A stretch of DNA of 64,000 nt from Bdellovibrionota bacterium (GTDB lineage Bacteria > Bdellovibrionota_C > UBA2361 > JBIIDM01): assembly GCA_044238365.1 (NCBI GenBank), contig JBIIDM010000001.1, positions 8,769 through 72,768 on the forward strand, read 5' to 3'. Positions 9,146 through 19,160 of the stretch are shown here, piece after piece; positions within the stretch are counted from its first letter, which is position 1, and the number at the start of each line of letters is the position of its first letter. The translations under genes were made by a program, and so were the position numbers. Below the pieces are notes generated by a model. That model was given only the letters and a program-made list of their open reading frames with translations, searched no databases and was not told where the DNA came from.

Positions 9146-11149
9146 CTATTCCGGTTCTGGGACGTTATCTTCTGTGTTCTCGTTAATATTCGTTTTCTCA
9201 GGACTTGGACTTAGTTGTGAACTAAGCCCTCCAGATTCTGATGGTTTATTCTTCCGATAGCGCGGATCGAAAAAATCAACCTCGCTCCTGGATGCCAACT
9301 TTTCAATCTCGACCAACATGCTAAGGGTCTCACGAGGAACTCCTGGCGGAAGCGCGCCCTGCATACCTGTGCCGAACTTATTTTTGATCAAAAACATGAA
9401 GAAACCTAAAACCCCAAGATTTAAAAGCGAAAGAAACGTTAGGGGGATTGAGTTATCCGCTACATCAGCTTCGGGCTCAACTTCCTTATGAGGTTTCTCT
9501 TCGGGGGATTTCTCTTCAGGAATGTCCTTTACCTCGACAATTTCCTCCTTGTTAAAGGTTAAAATCGAGGACCTTTGATGGATTGCCCCTCGGCCCTTCA
9601 TATTGGCCTTGAGTTCAGCCTGAAGCTTATATTTACCCGGTTTTAGCTCGTTTGCAGACCCGAAGAAAAGATCCCCACTCTTATTTTTCTGCAGGCTCAT
9701 CTTCGTGCTCTTATTCTTTGTTTTAGCTGTTAAAGTCACAACTACCCCCTTCAACCCTTGAGGTGCCTCGATCTTGATGAGGAAGTTGTCTCCCTCTTCT
9801 CGCTCGTGAGCTTTCTTCAAAGGGGAGGTTCCTAGTACTTCCCCCAATTCTTTCGAAGTGACCCTGGAAAGAGATAGATTCTGAGACTCTACTTCAAACG
9901 GGAGCAACTGCTCCCTCTCGAACGTAGGGCTTTCGGCAATAACTTTTAGGCGATAACGACCATGCTCTGGTAATGCTAAATAAGCCGAATAAACCCCGTC
10001 TTGTGCAGACGAATCTCCATGTTGTCCATCATCACGAAGATTTGCTTCGATGATAGGCTCTGAAATCTTATCATTAGAACTTACCTGTACTTTCATAGTA
10101 AGCAGGGCAGACATTGAAGAAAGCGCCAACGGTTTTTCCCCTTCCATTAGGTTTGCCTCAATCTTTGTGGGTTCCTCTGCCACCACAAAGGTCGGCCACT
10201 TGGTATCAAGTGATAATTTCGTAAGAATCGTTGCATACCCGTCATCAAGATTTGCGCCCACAACACGCCATGAGCCCGCCATGGGCTCCTTAATCGTCAT
10301 AACTTCGAAATTCTTACCTCGATACCAGCGAATATTCGGAATATCCCCAACGCCGTGATACCTATGATTATCGGGTGCTACAAGAGTCACCTGAGCTCCT
10401 AACTCCTTTGTCACATAAAATGTTGCTTCCTCAACTAGTTCATCTATAAAAAAACCATGTTCACCCATCATAGTGATTTGTGGTCTTTTGGCGGCCAATA
10501 AAAGGTCGGCAAACGATTCATGTATCTTTTCTGAGGTTGGTGTATACCAAAATAACCCCCCGCCTTTGCTTGAGATATTTTCCAACAATCCACGATCAGC
10601 TTCCAGACTAAACGCTAGAGCAAACGTTCGAATGCCGTTAGAAAGCTCACTCGGAACGACTTTTTCAACAAGAGCATTTTTTAACTCTTCAGCTTGACCT
10701 CTGATAGGATGTGGCTCAAATTTTCCGTCAGAAAGTAATACAATAATCTTTTCAGAATCGTCTCGACCGTTTTTCCTAAGGGTCTGCGCCGCCATTTCAA
10801 AAGCAAGCCCAATGTCTGTATATTCTCCCTTGGTCTGTATGGATTTCAAGCTTCTTGTAAAACCATCTCTGTCGACCCTTCCATTCAAGGGGACAATAAT
10901 TGTTGGTTTCTCGTCAAAGGCAATCAGGGAAACCCGATCATGCTCTCCTAGAAGTTCAACAAACAACCCAATTCCCTCACTTCTCAGGTTAAGAGGGTCC
11001 GTTATCAACATGCTTCCGGATGAATCGAGAAGTAAAACGACATCCAAATTCTTAGTATCACAAAAAGCTGGGACCAGCGGGAAAATCATGGTCAGTAACC
11101 CCGCCACAATTATACATCCGCGCAAAGCGCTGTTGGTCATCTTATACAT
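9146..11149 (-). CDS. von Willebrand factor A (VWA) domain protein with a C-terminal TM anchor.
   Basis: 667 aa with an N-terminal signal and MIDAS motif (VVLLLDSSGSM ... LLSDG). A TM segment lies near the C-terminus (LGVLGFFMFLI). Confidence 0.7.
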   Translation of the reverse strand: MYKMTNSALRGCIIVAGLLTMIFPLVPAFCDTKNLDVVLLLDSSGSMLITDPLNLRSEGIGLFVELLGEHDRVSLIAFDEKPTIIVPLNGRVDRDGFTRSLKSIQTKGEYTDIGLAFEMAAQTLRKNGRDDSEKIIVLLSDGKFEPHPIRGQAEELKNALVEKVVPSELSNGIRTFALAFSLEADRGLLENISSKGGGLFWYTPTSEKIHESFADLLLAAKRPQITMMGEHGFFIDELVEEATFYVTKELGAQVTLVAPDNHRYHGVGDIPNIRWYRGKNFEVMTIKEPMAGSWRVVGANLDDGYATILTKLSLDTKWPTFVVAEEPTKIEANLMEGEKPLALSSMSALLTMKVQVSSNDKISEPIIEANLRDDGQHGDSSAQDGVYSAYLALPEHGRYRLKVIAESPTFEREQLLPFEVESQNLSLSRVTSKELGEVLGTSPLKKAHEREEGDNFLIKIEAPQGLKGVVVTLTAKTKNKSTKMSLQKNKSGDLFFGSANELKPGKYKLQAELKANMKGRGAIHQRSSILTFNKEEIVEVKDIPEEKSPEEKPHKEVEPEADVADNSIPLTFLSLLNLGVLGFFMFLIKNKFGTGMQGALPPGVPRETLSMLVEIEKLASRSEVDFFDPRYRKNKPSESGGLSSQLSPSPEKTNINENTEDNVPEPE

Positions 11150-11447
11150 GAGCTAACATCACTTAAACTCCTGAAAAATCTAACAGCATTACTTAAATGG
11201 CATTCAGAGAAGATCCCCCTGTTACTCCCATGATACCTCCAGTGACAGAACGCAAACGCAACAACGCATATAACTATTTGAAATTAATTAAGATAAAAAG
11301 CCCAAACATAAAGGCACCAATGTGGCTCCCCACATGGAGCATTTCAGATTCGTAGCACCGAAGTCGATAGAATGATTCGATCATATAGGACCATTCTTCC
11401 GCAATATAAAGGTCGGTAGTAAGATTCTAATTAGAATAGTATAAATC

Positions 11448-12038
11448 TTGATTTTCAACACGTGTAAAGTCTACTGCTCCTCACCAACAAAAATGAAATT
11501 ACTCTTGAAATTACTTCTTTTTTTTCCACTGATGAGTTACGGCCTTTGCTTCCGTGCTCTTTGTGAAGGCATTCCATTCCAACTTCCCCCTAAAAGTGAA
11601 ATCCTCAAAATCAAAAGCACTACGATTAAAACAAACAAAGGCTCACTATACTTCGAATTATTTCCTGAGGTAGCGCCGCTCCACGTTACAAACTTTAAAT
11701 ACTTAGCGGACAAAGGATTTTTCACGGGTGCAACATTTAAAGATTTCGAATATATTCTTCAGGCAAAGCCCACCGCACGATTGAAGTACTCACTTTCCCC
11801 AGAGTTCTCCAAGCGACCACATTCCCGTGGAGCACTTGGAATGGCCCGGTGGGAAGACGAGATTAACCCGGAACGACGGTCGAGCGCTTCACAGTTTCAT
11901 ATTCTTAAGCATGATGGTCGGCACATGGATACCCGCTACTCGATCTTTGGCACTCTGGTAAAAGGATGGAAGGTGCTGGAGAACTTAAGATCGGAAGACT
12001 CCGTCACCGAGGTTATTGTATATATCCGAAAAAAGTGA
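11448..12038 (+). CDS. Peptidyl-prolyl cis-trans isomerase, cyclophilin type (probably secreted).
   Basis: The cyclophilin-like core is YFELFPEVAPLHVTNFKYLADKGFF ... IFGTLVKGWKVLENL. The probable true start is Met at ~11493 (MKLLLKLLLFFPLMSYG signal peptide). Confidence 0.55.
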   Translation: MIFNTCKVYCSSPTKMKLLLKLLLFFPLMSYGLCFRALCEGIPFQLPPKSEILKIKSTTIKTNKGSLYFELFPEVAPLHVTNFKYLADKGFFTGATFKDFEYILQAKPTARLKYSLSPEFSKRPHSRGALGMARWEDEINPERRSSASQFHILKHDGRHMDTRYSIFGTLVKGWKVLENLRSEDSVTEVIVYIRKK

Positions 12039-12446
12039 GTCCTCATGTCAATGTCAATTTTTCATGACTTCCTCCCTATGTGGGCAGAGCGGGACGTGCC
12101 ATCCAGCTCGGTATTGATCCCTACGATCCTACCGTCATCGCATCAATACTCTATGATACTCTGCAAGCAGAAGGGCAAACTCTTAACGCCTGGCCCGGCG
12201 GGTTTATGTACCCACCATGGAGCCTTTGGATTTTCTTTCTGTTTTCCCTCCAGGCTACACATCAATTGCGCTCGCTGCTGGCTAGGCCCATTTTTTGCGG
12301 AGCCGTGATGCTGTCTCTATCCTTTCTTGCTGTGCTAGCGCAAATTCAAATTGAGCACCTTGCCTATTTTATGAACAAGTCCAGAGTGCCAGAGGATCAA
12401 ACCCGCGGCCCCTTCGGTGACGATTAAACCACACCGCCCCCCCACG

Positions 12447-14864
12447 CTATTCCCCGTAAAGATACCCCTCAACGTCCTGCTCCTCTCTACTCTGCGGAGC
12501 GTTCGGACGCGACCCTTTTAAAAAGTACATGGTAATGCCATCGGGATCCTCACGGCTTGTTTCCGATCCTGAATACCGGTTCACCAGATAGGGGGTTACA
12601 CCCTGTGGTACGGGAAAGGTAGAGACCTGCGCTACCTCATCACTTTGACTAACTAAAGTAATGCCATAATCCTCTGCCTCTCTTTCAGCCAATTGAGCTC
12701 GTTGCCTTCGTTCAACCTCTTCCTTTTCGGCTAAGTACCCTTTCATAATATCAAGCCATATAGGTGCCGCAATCTTTCCACCTGTCTCCTTCGACCCAAT
12801 ATTTCTACGCTTATCAAATCCCACCCATACCCCACAAACATACCGTGGTGTAAATCCAATAAACCAAGCATCCATCTGGTCATTTGTCGTTCCTGTTTTT
12901 CCGGCTACTGGGCGCCCAAGTTCTTTTAACTTCGTCGCCGTTCCCCTCTGAACAACACCAGTTAACATGTGAGTTAGGACAAAGGCCGAATTCTCATCAA
13001 CTACCCTCTTAGGCCCAACTCCGCCCGGTGCACCCATAGACGAAGAGTACAAAATAGCTCCGTCTCCTGATTCTATTGTCGTTACCACCTTAGTCGGTTG
13101 TAACACCCCTCCCCCTGCAAAGACACCATACGCCCGCACAAGCTCGAACAAGGTAACCTCGCTGGTTCCGAGGGCTAGCGAAAGATTCCTTCCCAATTCG
13201 CTTTGAACTCCCATGGCCCGAGCCAACTTAATTATCGGATCTACTCCAAAGTGAGAAATCAAATCGGCTACAATCAAGTTTCTCGATTGTTCGAGCCCTT
13301 TTTGAAGAGTTATTGGCCCGAGGTATTTTCCGTCATAGTTCTTTGGTTCCCAAATATCAGTGCCTACCCGGAAGGAGCGAGGAACATCCTGTACTATGGT
13401 GGCCGGCGTATAACCAAAATCTTTAATTGCAGCTAGGTACACAAATGATTTAAAAGCAGAACCAGGTTGACGCTTTGCCTGCGTAACACGATTGAAGCCA
13501 CCCTCAACGTAGCTATATCCACCCTGTAATGCTAAAATTGATCCATCGTTTGGATTTAATAGGAGTGCTGCCCCCTCAATTTCCGGTTTCTGGTCCAGAG
13601 AAAGATGAGAAACATCGCCGGAAACTTCGATGACATCGCCAACTCGAAGGGCACTTGTTACTGGGACCACCCGCTTATTACCGTCCGCATCAACCCGCTT
13701 GTTAGCCCATTCCGCATCACTTAAGTCGACGGTTCCAAACGTGTCCCCGTCGAGCTGAACGTTTGCCTTTTTGTGTGTCTGGTCCCACTCCGTCACTAAT
13801 GCGCAAACAGGCTCTGGATACTTCTGAGACTTAAGATCTCGATTTGCACTTACAAATTCACTAATAAATCTCTCGGCGCCGACCCCTGATGCGATTGGCC
13901 CCCGCCATCCAATTCGTTTATCAACACTCCGAAGTCCACGCCTCAGTGACTCCACTACGAGGCGATCCGCTTCCAAATCCAATGTTGTATGGACTTTCAG
14001 GCCATCGCGCTCTAGATCAAACTGCGGAAAGGATTTTTTGAACTGTTCACGAAATTCTCTCAGGAAATAGGGAGCCGCCATGAATCTTTTTTCGACCTCG
14101 GAGTGATACACTATCATCTCCTCCCTTAATGCTGCAGCCGACTCATCGGAGGAAATAAAACCCGCCTCCACCATACGTTGTAGTACGTACCTCCTTCTCC
14201 TCGTAGCGGCCTCTTTATCAACTAATGGCGAATATAAACTCGGAGCCTTAGGCAATCCAGCAAGCAGAGCGGCTTCGGCAAGGGTCAATGCATCAAGTTC
14301 CTTATGAAAGTACTCCTTAGCCGCTGCCTTAATTCCATAGGCGCCGTTTCCGAAGTAAATCTGGTTGAGATATATCTCAAAGATATCGTCTTTAGACAGA
14401 CTCTTTTCCAGTTGATAAGACAAAATAGCCTCTTTTAGCTTCCGTTCGACTGTCTTTTCGGGAGACAAAAGGAGATTCTTCACTACCTGTTGGGTAATAG
14501 TAGACCCCCCCTGTGCTACCTGCCCACTTTCAAGATTCTTTAAGGCGGCTCGAAGAATACTTAACGGATTAATTCCAGGATGGGAGTAAAAGGCTACATC
14601 CTCAGCAGCAAGCACCGCTTGTTTTACTTGCTGAGGAACTTGTTCAATCTTGATCGGGTACCTTCGTTCAACAAAAAACTCTCCAATTAATGCTCCATTA
14701 TTCGCATACACTGAACTAACCGAAGGTGGCTTGTAGTCGGAAATAGAGGAAATCTTGGGCATGTCACCAAACAACCGGACGAAGACTACGTAGCCGACGA
14801 CAACTACCCCAAAAATAAAAAGGAGGATAAGTAGAAGAATAGCCCGAAGAAAGAGTCTAACCAT
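12447..14864 (-). CDS. mrcA: Class A penicillin-binding protein 1A (transglycosylase/transpeptidase).
   Basis: 805 aa with an N-terminal TM segment. GT51 motifs are present (EDVAFYSHPGINPLSILRAALKNL ... GGSTITQQVVKN). A transpeptidase domain follows (SAFKSFVYLAA, KTGTTND). Confidence 0.9.
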   Translation of the reverse strand: MVRLFLRAILLLILLFIFGVVVVGYVVFVRLFGDMPKISSISDYKPPSVSSVYANNGALIGEFFVERRYPIKIEQVPQQVKQAVLAAEDVAFYSHPGINPLSILRAALKNLESGQVAQGGSTITQQVVKNLLLSPEKTVERKLKEAILSYQLEKSLSKDDIFEIYLNQIYFGNGAYGIKAAAKEYFHKELDALTLAEAALLAGLPKAPSLYSPLVDKEAATRRRRYVLQRMVEAGFISSDESAAALREEMIVYHSEVEKRFMAAPYFLREFREQFKKSFPQFDLERDGLKVHTTLDLEADRLVVESLRRGLRSVDKRIGWRGPIASGVGAERFISEFVSANRDLKSQKYPEPVCALVTEWDQTHKKANVQLDGDTFGTVDLSDAEWANKRVDADGNKRVVPVTSALRVGDVIEVSGDVSHLSLDQKPEIEGAALLLNPNDGSILALQGGYSYVEGGFNRVTQAKRQPGSAFKSFVYLAAIKDFGYTPATIVQDVPRSFRVGTDIWEPKNYDGKYLGPITLQKGLEQSRNLIVADLISHFGVDPIIKLARAMGVQSELGRNLSLALGTSEVTLFELVRAYGVFAGGGVLQPTKVVTTIESGDGAILYSSSMGAPGGVGPKRVVDENSAFVLTHMLTGVVQRGTATKLKELGRPVAGKTGTTNDQMDAWFIGFTPRYVCGVWVGFDKRRNIGSKETGGKIAAPIWLDIMKGYLAEKEEVERRQRAQLAEREAEDYGITLVSQSDEVAQVSTFPVPQGVTPYLVNRYSGSETSREDPDGITMYFLKGSRPNAPQSREEQDVEGYLYGE

Positions 14865-16296
14865 TTATTTTGGCAAATGCCTCTTTCTTTGGTATGAGGG
14901 AAGAGTACGTATCTTCTGATATCTTATATAGACCATTCCATCCGGCCCGCTTTAAAAGATGAAATCCACCATCAGCCTGGGTTTTGGAATCACCAACCTC
15001 GAATTCTGCTAAAGTACCACCGCTTTCGTACACCTTAATTGCCAAAATTGGCTTGAACTCAGCCTCTAGACTTAGGTCAGCAAGTCCTTCAACCTCAAGA
15101 TTGGATATGTTATGTAAGAATCCCCCAATAATCGCAGGCTCCCCTGGTTTGCCATCGACCAGCCAGGTCTTTTCTCCCTCGCCAGATGACTGTAAACCTA
15201 CAAACACACCATTTAAAAAGAACTCAGCTTTCTCGACATTTACTGAGTTAAAGGCAAAGACTCTTCGGTCAATCAGTTGGGACTCACCAACCAGAAAATC
15301 ACCGACCTTACTTCCACTTACCTCATAGACCCCCTTACCCACTGAAGGAATATTAACAAAAGTATTCCCATCTTTCGCACTGGTAATCCCCACTATAAAA
15401 GGTTCTTTTGCACCACTAAAAGAAAGTTTCACGTCCGGTATCTCAAGATCATAATTTTCGGTTTTAAGAACTCCGTCATCATGAAACGTTGAAACCTCCA
15501 GCGATCTAAGTTTTCTAGTAAGTTCAGACAGAGCTGCTTCGTCAACCCTTGCGGAATGCGACGACTCTAAACTCCACAGTCCATCACTCTTCACAAGACG
15601 AACCTGTGAGCTCGAGTCAACAGCGCCTTGGGGGTCCTTTCTGTTTATATCCAAAACCAGACTATTGAGATCATCTATATTTACATCGACCGGCGTTTTG
15701 TCTCGAATCTCATCGACACTCTTGTTAGAGGCAAAATATAGCGTGTCAGGAATCAGGTAGAGCTCCCCTGTGTCCCGAACACGGGCATACCGCTCTCCAA
15801 GATATTCCGATTTCTTTCCGAGTTCTATTATCGCTGTTCTCTTATCCCAGAAGGCGGAGACCGTTACATCTGGCTCCGTTAAACCATAGACTCCCCAATC
15901 GCCCTCGACATCCTCCTTTGGAATAGGGTCTCCCAATTCCAGGTCAGCAAGAGCATTCACCAGTCCATCCACAGAGCCGGCGTCAAGCATAGCTTCTTTG
16001 TTTCCCTCCAGACTCCATGATATCTGTGACTGATAGCTATTTTCCAAAGAATCTTTTCCAGGCTTGGATGTCACTTCAGGGGATGCATGACCGTTGACGA
16101 TCGTAAACCCACCTCCCCTTCGTTTGACCTCAACCCTCTCCAGTTTGGCGGGATCTATTCCTCCCAAAAAAATCTTACCCGTTCGCTCCTGTTCAATTCG
16201 GGGCATTTCAACCTGAAATACAAACAGGCTCAAAATTCCCACTAAGAATGCCAATAGAGCAATTTTCTTGAACGTCACAACACTCTCCAGTTTCAA
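14857..16296 (-). CDS. DUF4340-like secreted protein associated with the GldG-type ABC cluster.
   Basis: 479 aa with an N-terminal signal/TM segment. It sits directly downstream of the GldG-like gene and overlaps the PBP1A start by 8 nt. The functional call comes from the conserved context (ATPase, ABC-2 permease, GldG, DUF4340) and is an inference. Confidence 0.45.
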   Translation of the reverse strand: MKLESVVTFKKIALLAFLVGILSLFVFQVEMPRIEQERTGKIFLGGIDPAKLERVEVKRRGGGFTIVNGHASPEVTSKPGKDSLENSYQSQISWSLEGNKEAMLDAGSVDGLVNALADLELGDPIPKEDVEGDWGVYGLTEPDVTVSAFWDKRTAIIELGKKSEYLGERYARVRDTGELYLIPDTLYFASNKSVDEIRDKTPVDVNIDDLNSLVLDINRKDPQGAVDSSSQVRLVKSDGLWSLESSHSARVDEAALSELTRKLRSLEVSTFHDDGVLKTENYDLEIPDVKLSFSGAKEPFIVGITSAKDGNTFVNIPSVGKGVYEVSGSKVGDFLVGESQLIDRRVFAFNSVNVEKAEFFLNGVFVGLQSSGEGEKTWLVDGKPGEPAIIGGFLHNISNLEVEGLADLSLEAEFKPILAIKVYESGGTLAEFEVGDSKTQADGGFHLLKRAGWNGLYKISEDTYSSLIPKKEAFAKING

Positions 16297-16450
16297 ATAA
16301 TTCCTGGTGCCTGCTCCGCTTGCAGGCGGACTTTAGTACTCAAGCAGCCGGTTTTTCGACAATAAGAACAACCCCTTTTCTCGAACAATAAGCCGTTTAT
16401 CGAACTTCAAAGTGAGTTGCCAAGAGACCCGAACATTAACATTGGAAAAA

Positions 16451-18079
16451 TTACGCCAACCCCGCTCCAACTTCTCTGCGCTTCCACCATATGAACAAGC
16501 CCAAAATAAGTATCAATTCGGGCAACACAAAACTGGAAACCAATATGGTCTTAATATCGTCTGGTGTCATTGCGGTCTCTGAAGCAGAAAGACTTCGGGG
16601 TCTAATGGACAAACCGGTCTCCTGACCTGATACCCACCCAATTGAGTTCAAGGCAAGGTCTTTGTTAAACACATTACCTATGACCCCATTTTTGACCCAG
16701 TCAGAATCGCCGTATACGACTACCTTTGACTTTACAGCTGAATTTTCCGACGATTGTGCTGTATCGCCAGTTTCCCCTGAACTTACCGGCTTTTCATACG
16801 CAACCGCCAGTGTTACAGGTCCCTTAACGTCATCACCCGAGAATTCCACCGTAGGTTGTTCTGAATCGAAGATGGCAGCCAAATCCCTCTCAGACCAAGA
16901 ATCAGCACCCGTTTTAACCAATTCAACGTATTTCGCGTTGCTTGAAGAATCTGACTTAGGGGTGTCGATAGAAGAAGCGATATTAAATAACGTCAGATCC
17001 TGTCCAGCTCGTAAATCGCGCGTAATGGAATGTGCGCCGTAGGTTTTCGCAATAGGCTCAAGACCCAAGGCAGGACCAGCAAATAAACGCTGAACAGTAT
17101 CGATTACGACATCCTCTCGAACTTCAATCCCAAACCGTTTAGCTAAGTCACGAACCTGGATGGAGCCCCGTGGATCAACGAACATCAGCAGACCCCCACC
17201 TTTTTCTGCATAATTTGACAACATCTGAATTTCAGAATCCTGCAATTGCTTGGTTGGAGCAATCAAAAGCACAGAAGCGGCGTCATCTGGGATAGCTTGC
17301 AAAGTAGCTGTTATTAAGGATTCAACATTTAAATGCTCATTTTTTAAAGAATCCACCAAAGTCTTCAGTCCAGCAGGACTGGTATCATCAACCGACGGCT
17401 CCCCGTGCCCAGCAACAACGTAGACCTTCTTAGCGGCGCCGCCCTTCAATTTTAGTATTGCGCTGGTTACCGCCTGCTCCGTGATTTCATCAATCCGCGA
17501 GACGCCCTTTTCGTCTCCTTCGCCATACTCAATATAGAGTTGATTTCCCTGGCTCATTTGATACCGATCAATAAGATGCGGTTTAGTTCTGGGGTCTACT
17601 ATTTCGAAGGTAACCTTTGAACGGCTGGTCTCCTGATAAAGTCGTAGGAGGTCCCCGACCGGGCCCAACTTTTCACTCTCCGCCTGAAAGGCTATGAGTT
17701 TAACTGGCTTCGAAAGATTAGCCACCACATCACGACTCTGTGGCGCCAGACTGAATACACCATTTTTAGTAAGGTCAAAACGCTTATTATGACGAATACT
17801 CAACCAGTTGATCAGAACTAAGAATGCCAAAAAAAGAGCGGTATAAACGATTGCACCGGACCCAAATCGGAGACTCCTACCAGGAATAACCCCCCCCTTC
17901 TGGCCGAGGGACCTGGTACCTTCACCAACAAACCAGGCCAAAATAGACAACAAACCTACCACGATGTGCCCATACGTAACGACCGGTACAACTGAACCAA
18001 TCATCGTTAACAACGCAACCCCGACTACAAAGAGAACGAAGCCAAATATTCCTAAGAACTTCAAAAAACTCGTTTTCAT
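16451..18079 (-). CDS. GldG-like ABC-transport auxiliary component.
   Basis: 542 aa with N-terminal TM helices, a large periplasmic domain and a C-terminal TM segment (ELILILGLFIWW). It lies downstream of the ABC-2 permease and ABC ATPase genes. Confidence 0.55.
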   Translation of the reverse strand: MKTSFLKFLGIFGFVLFVVGVALLTMIGSVVPVVTYGHIVVGLLSILAWFVGEGTRSLGQKGGVIPGRSLRFGSGAIVYTALFLAFLVLINWLSIRHNKRFDLTKNGVFSLAPQSRDVVANLSKPVKLIAFQAESEKLGPVGDLLRLYQETSRSKVTFEIVDPRTKPHLIDRYQMSQGNQLYIEYGEGDEKGVSRIDEITEQAVTSAILKLKGGAAKKVYVVAGHGEPSVDDTSPAGLKTLVDSLKNEHLNVESLITATLQAIPDDAASVLLIAPTKQLQDSEIQMLSNYAEKGGGLLMFVDPRGSIQVRDLAKRFGIEVREDVVIDTVQRLFAGPALGLEPIAKTYGAHSITRDLRAGQDLTLFNIASSIDTPKSDSSSNAKYVELVKTGADSWSERDLAAIFDSEQPTVEFSGDDVKGPVTLAVAYEKPVSSGETGDTAQSSENSAVKSKVVVYGDSDWVKNGVIGNVFNKDLALNSIGWVSGQETGLSIRPRSLSASETAMTPDDIKTILVSSFVLPELILILGLFIWWKRREVGAGLA

Positions 18080-18174
18080 GGATAACTCCCTAACTCTGCC
18101 TGAAAATTTTTTTCCCCAAAATCAGATATCGAAAAATCAAGGGGTGTTCAACCAATTAAATACGTATGGCTGGT

Positions 18175-18951
18175 CTACCGGCACCTCTCGGCTTCGAGTA
18201 CACGCTGGGATAAAAATAATCCAAATGAGATCATTGAAATGAAGTAAACCAACGCTTCGGTCGTAATCACCCCTTTCATCATGTCCTTTACCTGAACTAT
18301 CGGAGATAGCTTCAACAGCACATCTCCTGCAACTCCACCAATGCTCTGAGCCGGAGCGTGAATAACATAAAGCAATAGCATCACCACCATACTGGAAACG
18401 CCAGCAACCACCTGATTACTTGCACATGATGAGACTGCAACCCCTATGCTCGCAAAGCTAAGGGCACATAAGGTCATACCAAGCAGACCGCATAACATGG
18501 GAAGAATTTCTGGCGCAGGGTTGCCGTAATAGAGAAGTAATGACGGATAAGTGAACGTACCCACCATCATAATTATCAGCAAAGACGCCACGCCAAGAAA
18601 CTTACCCATAACGATATCGAAGACAGACAGTGGTGAAGTAAGAAGCAACTCAAAAGTGCCCCTCTTTTTCTCTTCCGCAACAACTCTCATCGTTAGTAGT
18701 GGAACAAGGAATACAAGGACCACTATCATGGTTCCGTACATACGCTCGACGACCCACTCATTTAGATTAGGTGCCTCCCCTTGCATAAAAGGCATAGAAC
18801 GAAACCTCACCAAGCTTTCATTAAAATAAAGGACGAGTACAAAAAAGAAATAACCCGCCATTACCAGAAACCCAGTGATTGAAAAATACGCTAGGGGCGA
18901 GACAAAGAACGAAAAGACCTCTCTTCGAGCAATCGCAATTACGTTTTTCAT
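18175..18951 (-). CDS. ABC-2 family transporter permease (GldF-like).
   Basis: About 6 TM helices. The ORF track start at 19002 lies inside repeat element B, so I place the start at the internal Met (MKNVIAIARREVF) at 18951, just outside the element. Confidence 0.7.
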   Translation of the reverse strand: MKNVIAIARREVFSFFVSPLAYFSITGFLVMAGYFFFVLVLYFNESLVRFRSMPFMQGEAPNLNEWVVERMYGTMIVVLVFLVPLLTMRVVAEEKKRGTFELLLTSPLSVFDIVMGKFLGVASLLIIMMVGTFTYPSLLLYYGNPAPEILPMLCGLLGMTLCALSFASIGVAVSSCASNQVVAGVSSMVVMLLLYVIHAPAQSIGGVAGDVLLKLSPIVQVKDMMKGVITTEALVYFISMISFGLFLSQRVLEAERCR

Positions 18952-18978
18952 GATGTCAATATTCCCAAAAAAATTATT

Positions 18979-19160
18979 AGCCTGAGTTCGACGTAAGAAC
19001 AAAGGTAAATGGTTGAAATTGCTTTAGAAACGAGGCGTGCAGTGATATAAAAGCGCAGGCTGAGAAGCTTGCTACGTCGAGCATTTTATATCATGAGCAA
19101 CGAAGTGGATGAAGTAATTTTAACCATTTACCGCACAGTTCTTACGTCGAACTCAAGTTA
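18979..19160. mobile_element. MITE-like palindromic repeat element, copy B (~182 bp). It is inserted between the ABC ATPase and permease genes of one operon.
   Basis: The ends are cctgagttcgacgtaagaac ... gttcttacgtcgaactcaagtt. The internal sequence aligns to copy A over its full length. The element abuts the ATPase stop codon. Confidence 0.8.

Noticed and set aside
12045-12427. Two overlapping plus-strand ORFs (87 and 115 aa) in the convergent gap between the cyclophilin and PBP1A genes.
   Set aside because: They overlap each other in different frames and show no motifs or RBS. This is probably a terminator region for two convergent genes. It is not excluded, but too weak to call.
8833-19160. 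Considered whether the repeated ~180-bp elements could be a CRISPR array or a rRNA/tRNA duplication.
   Set aside because: There are only two full copies, 10 kb apart and separated by genes. There are no short regularly spaced direct repeats and no cas genes. The internal structure is palindromic rather than repeat-spacer.
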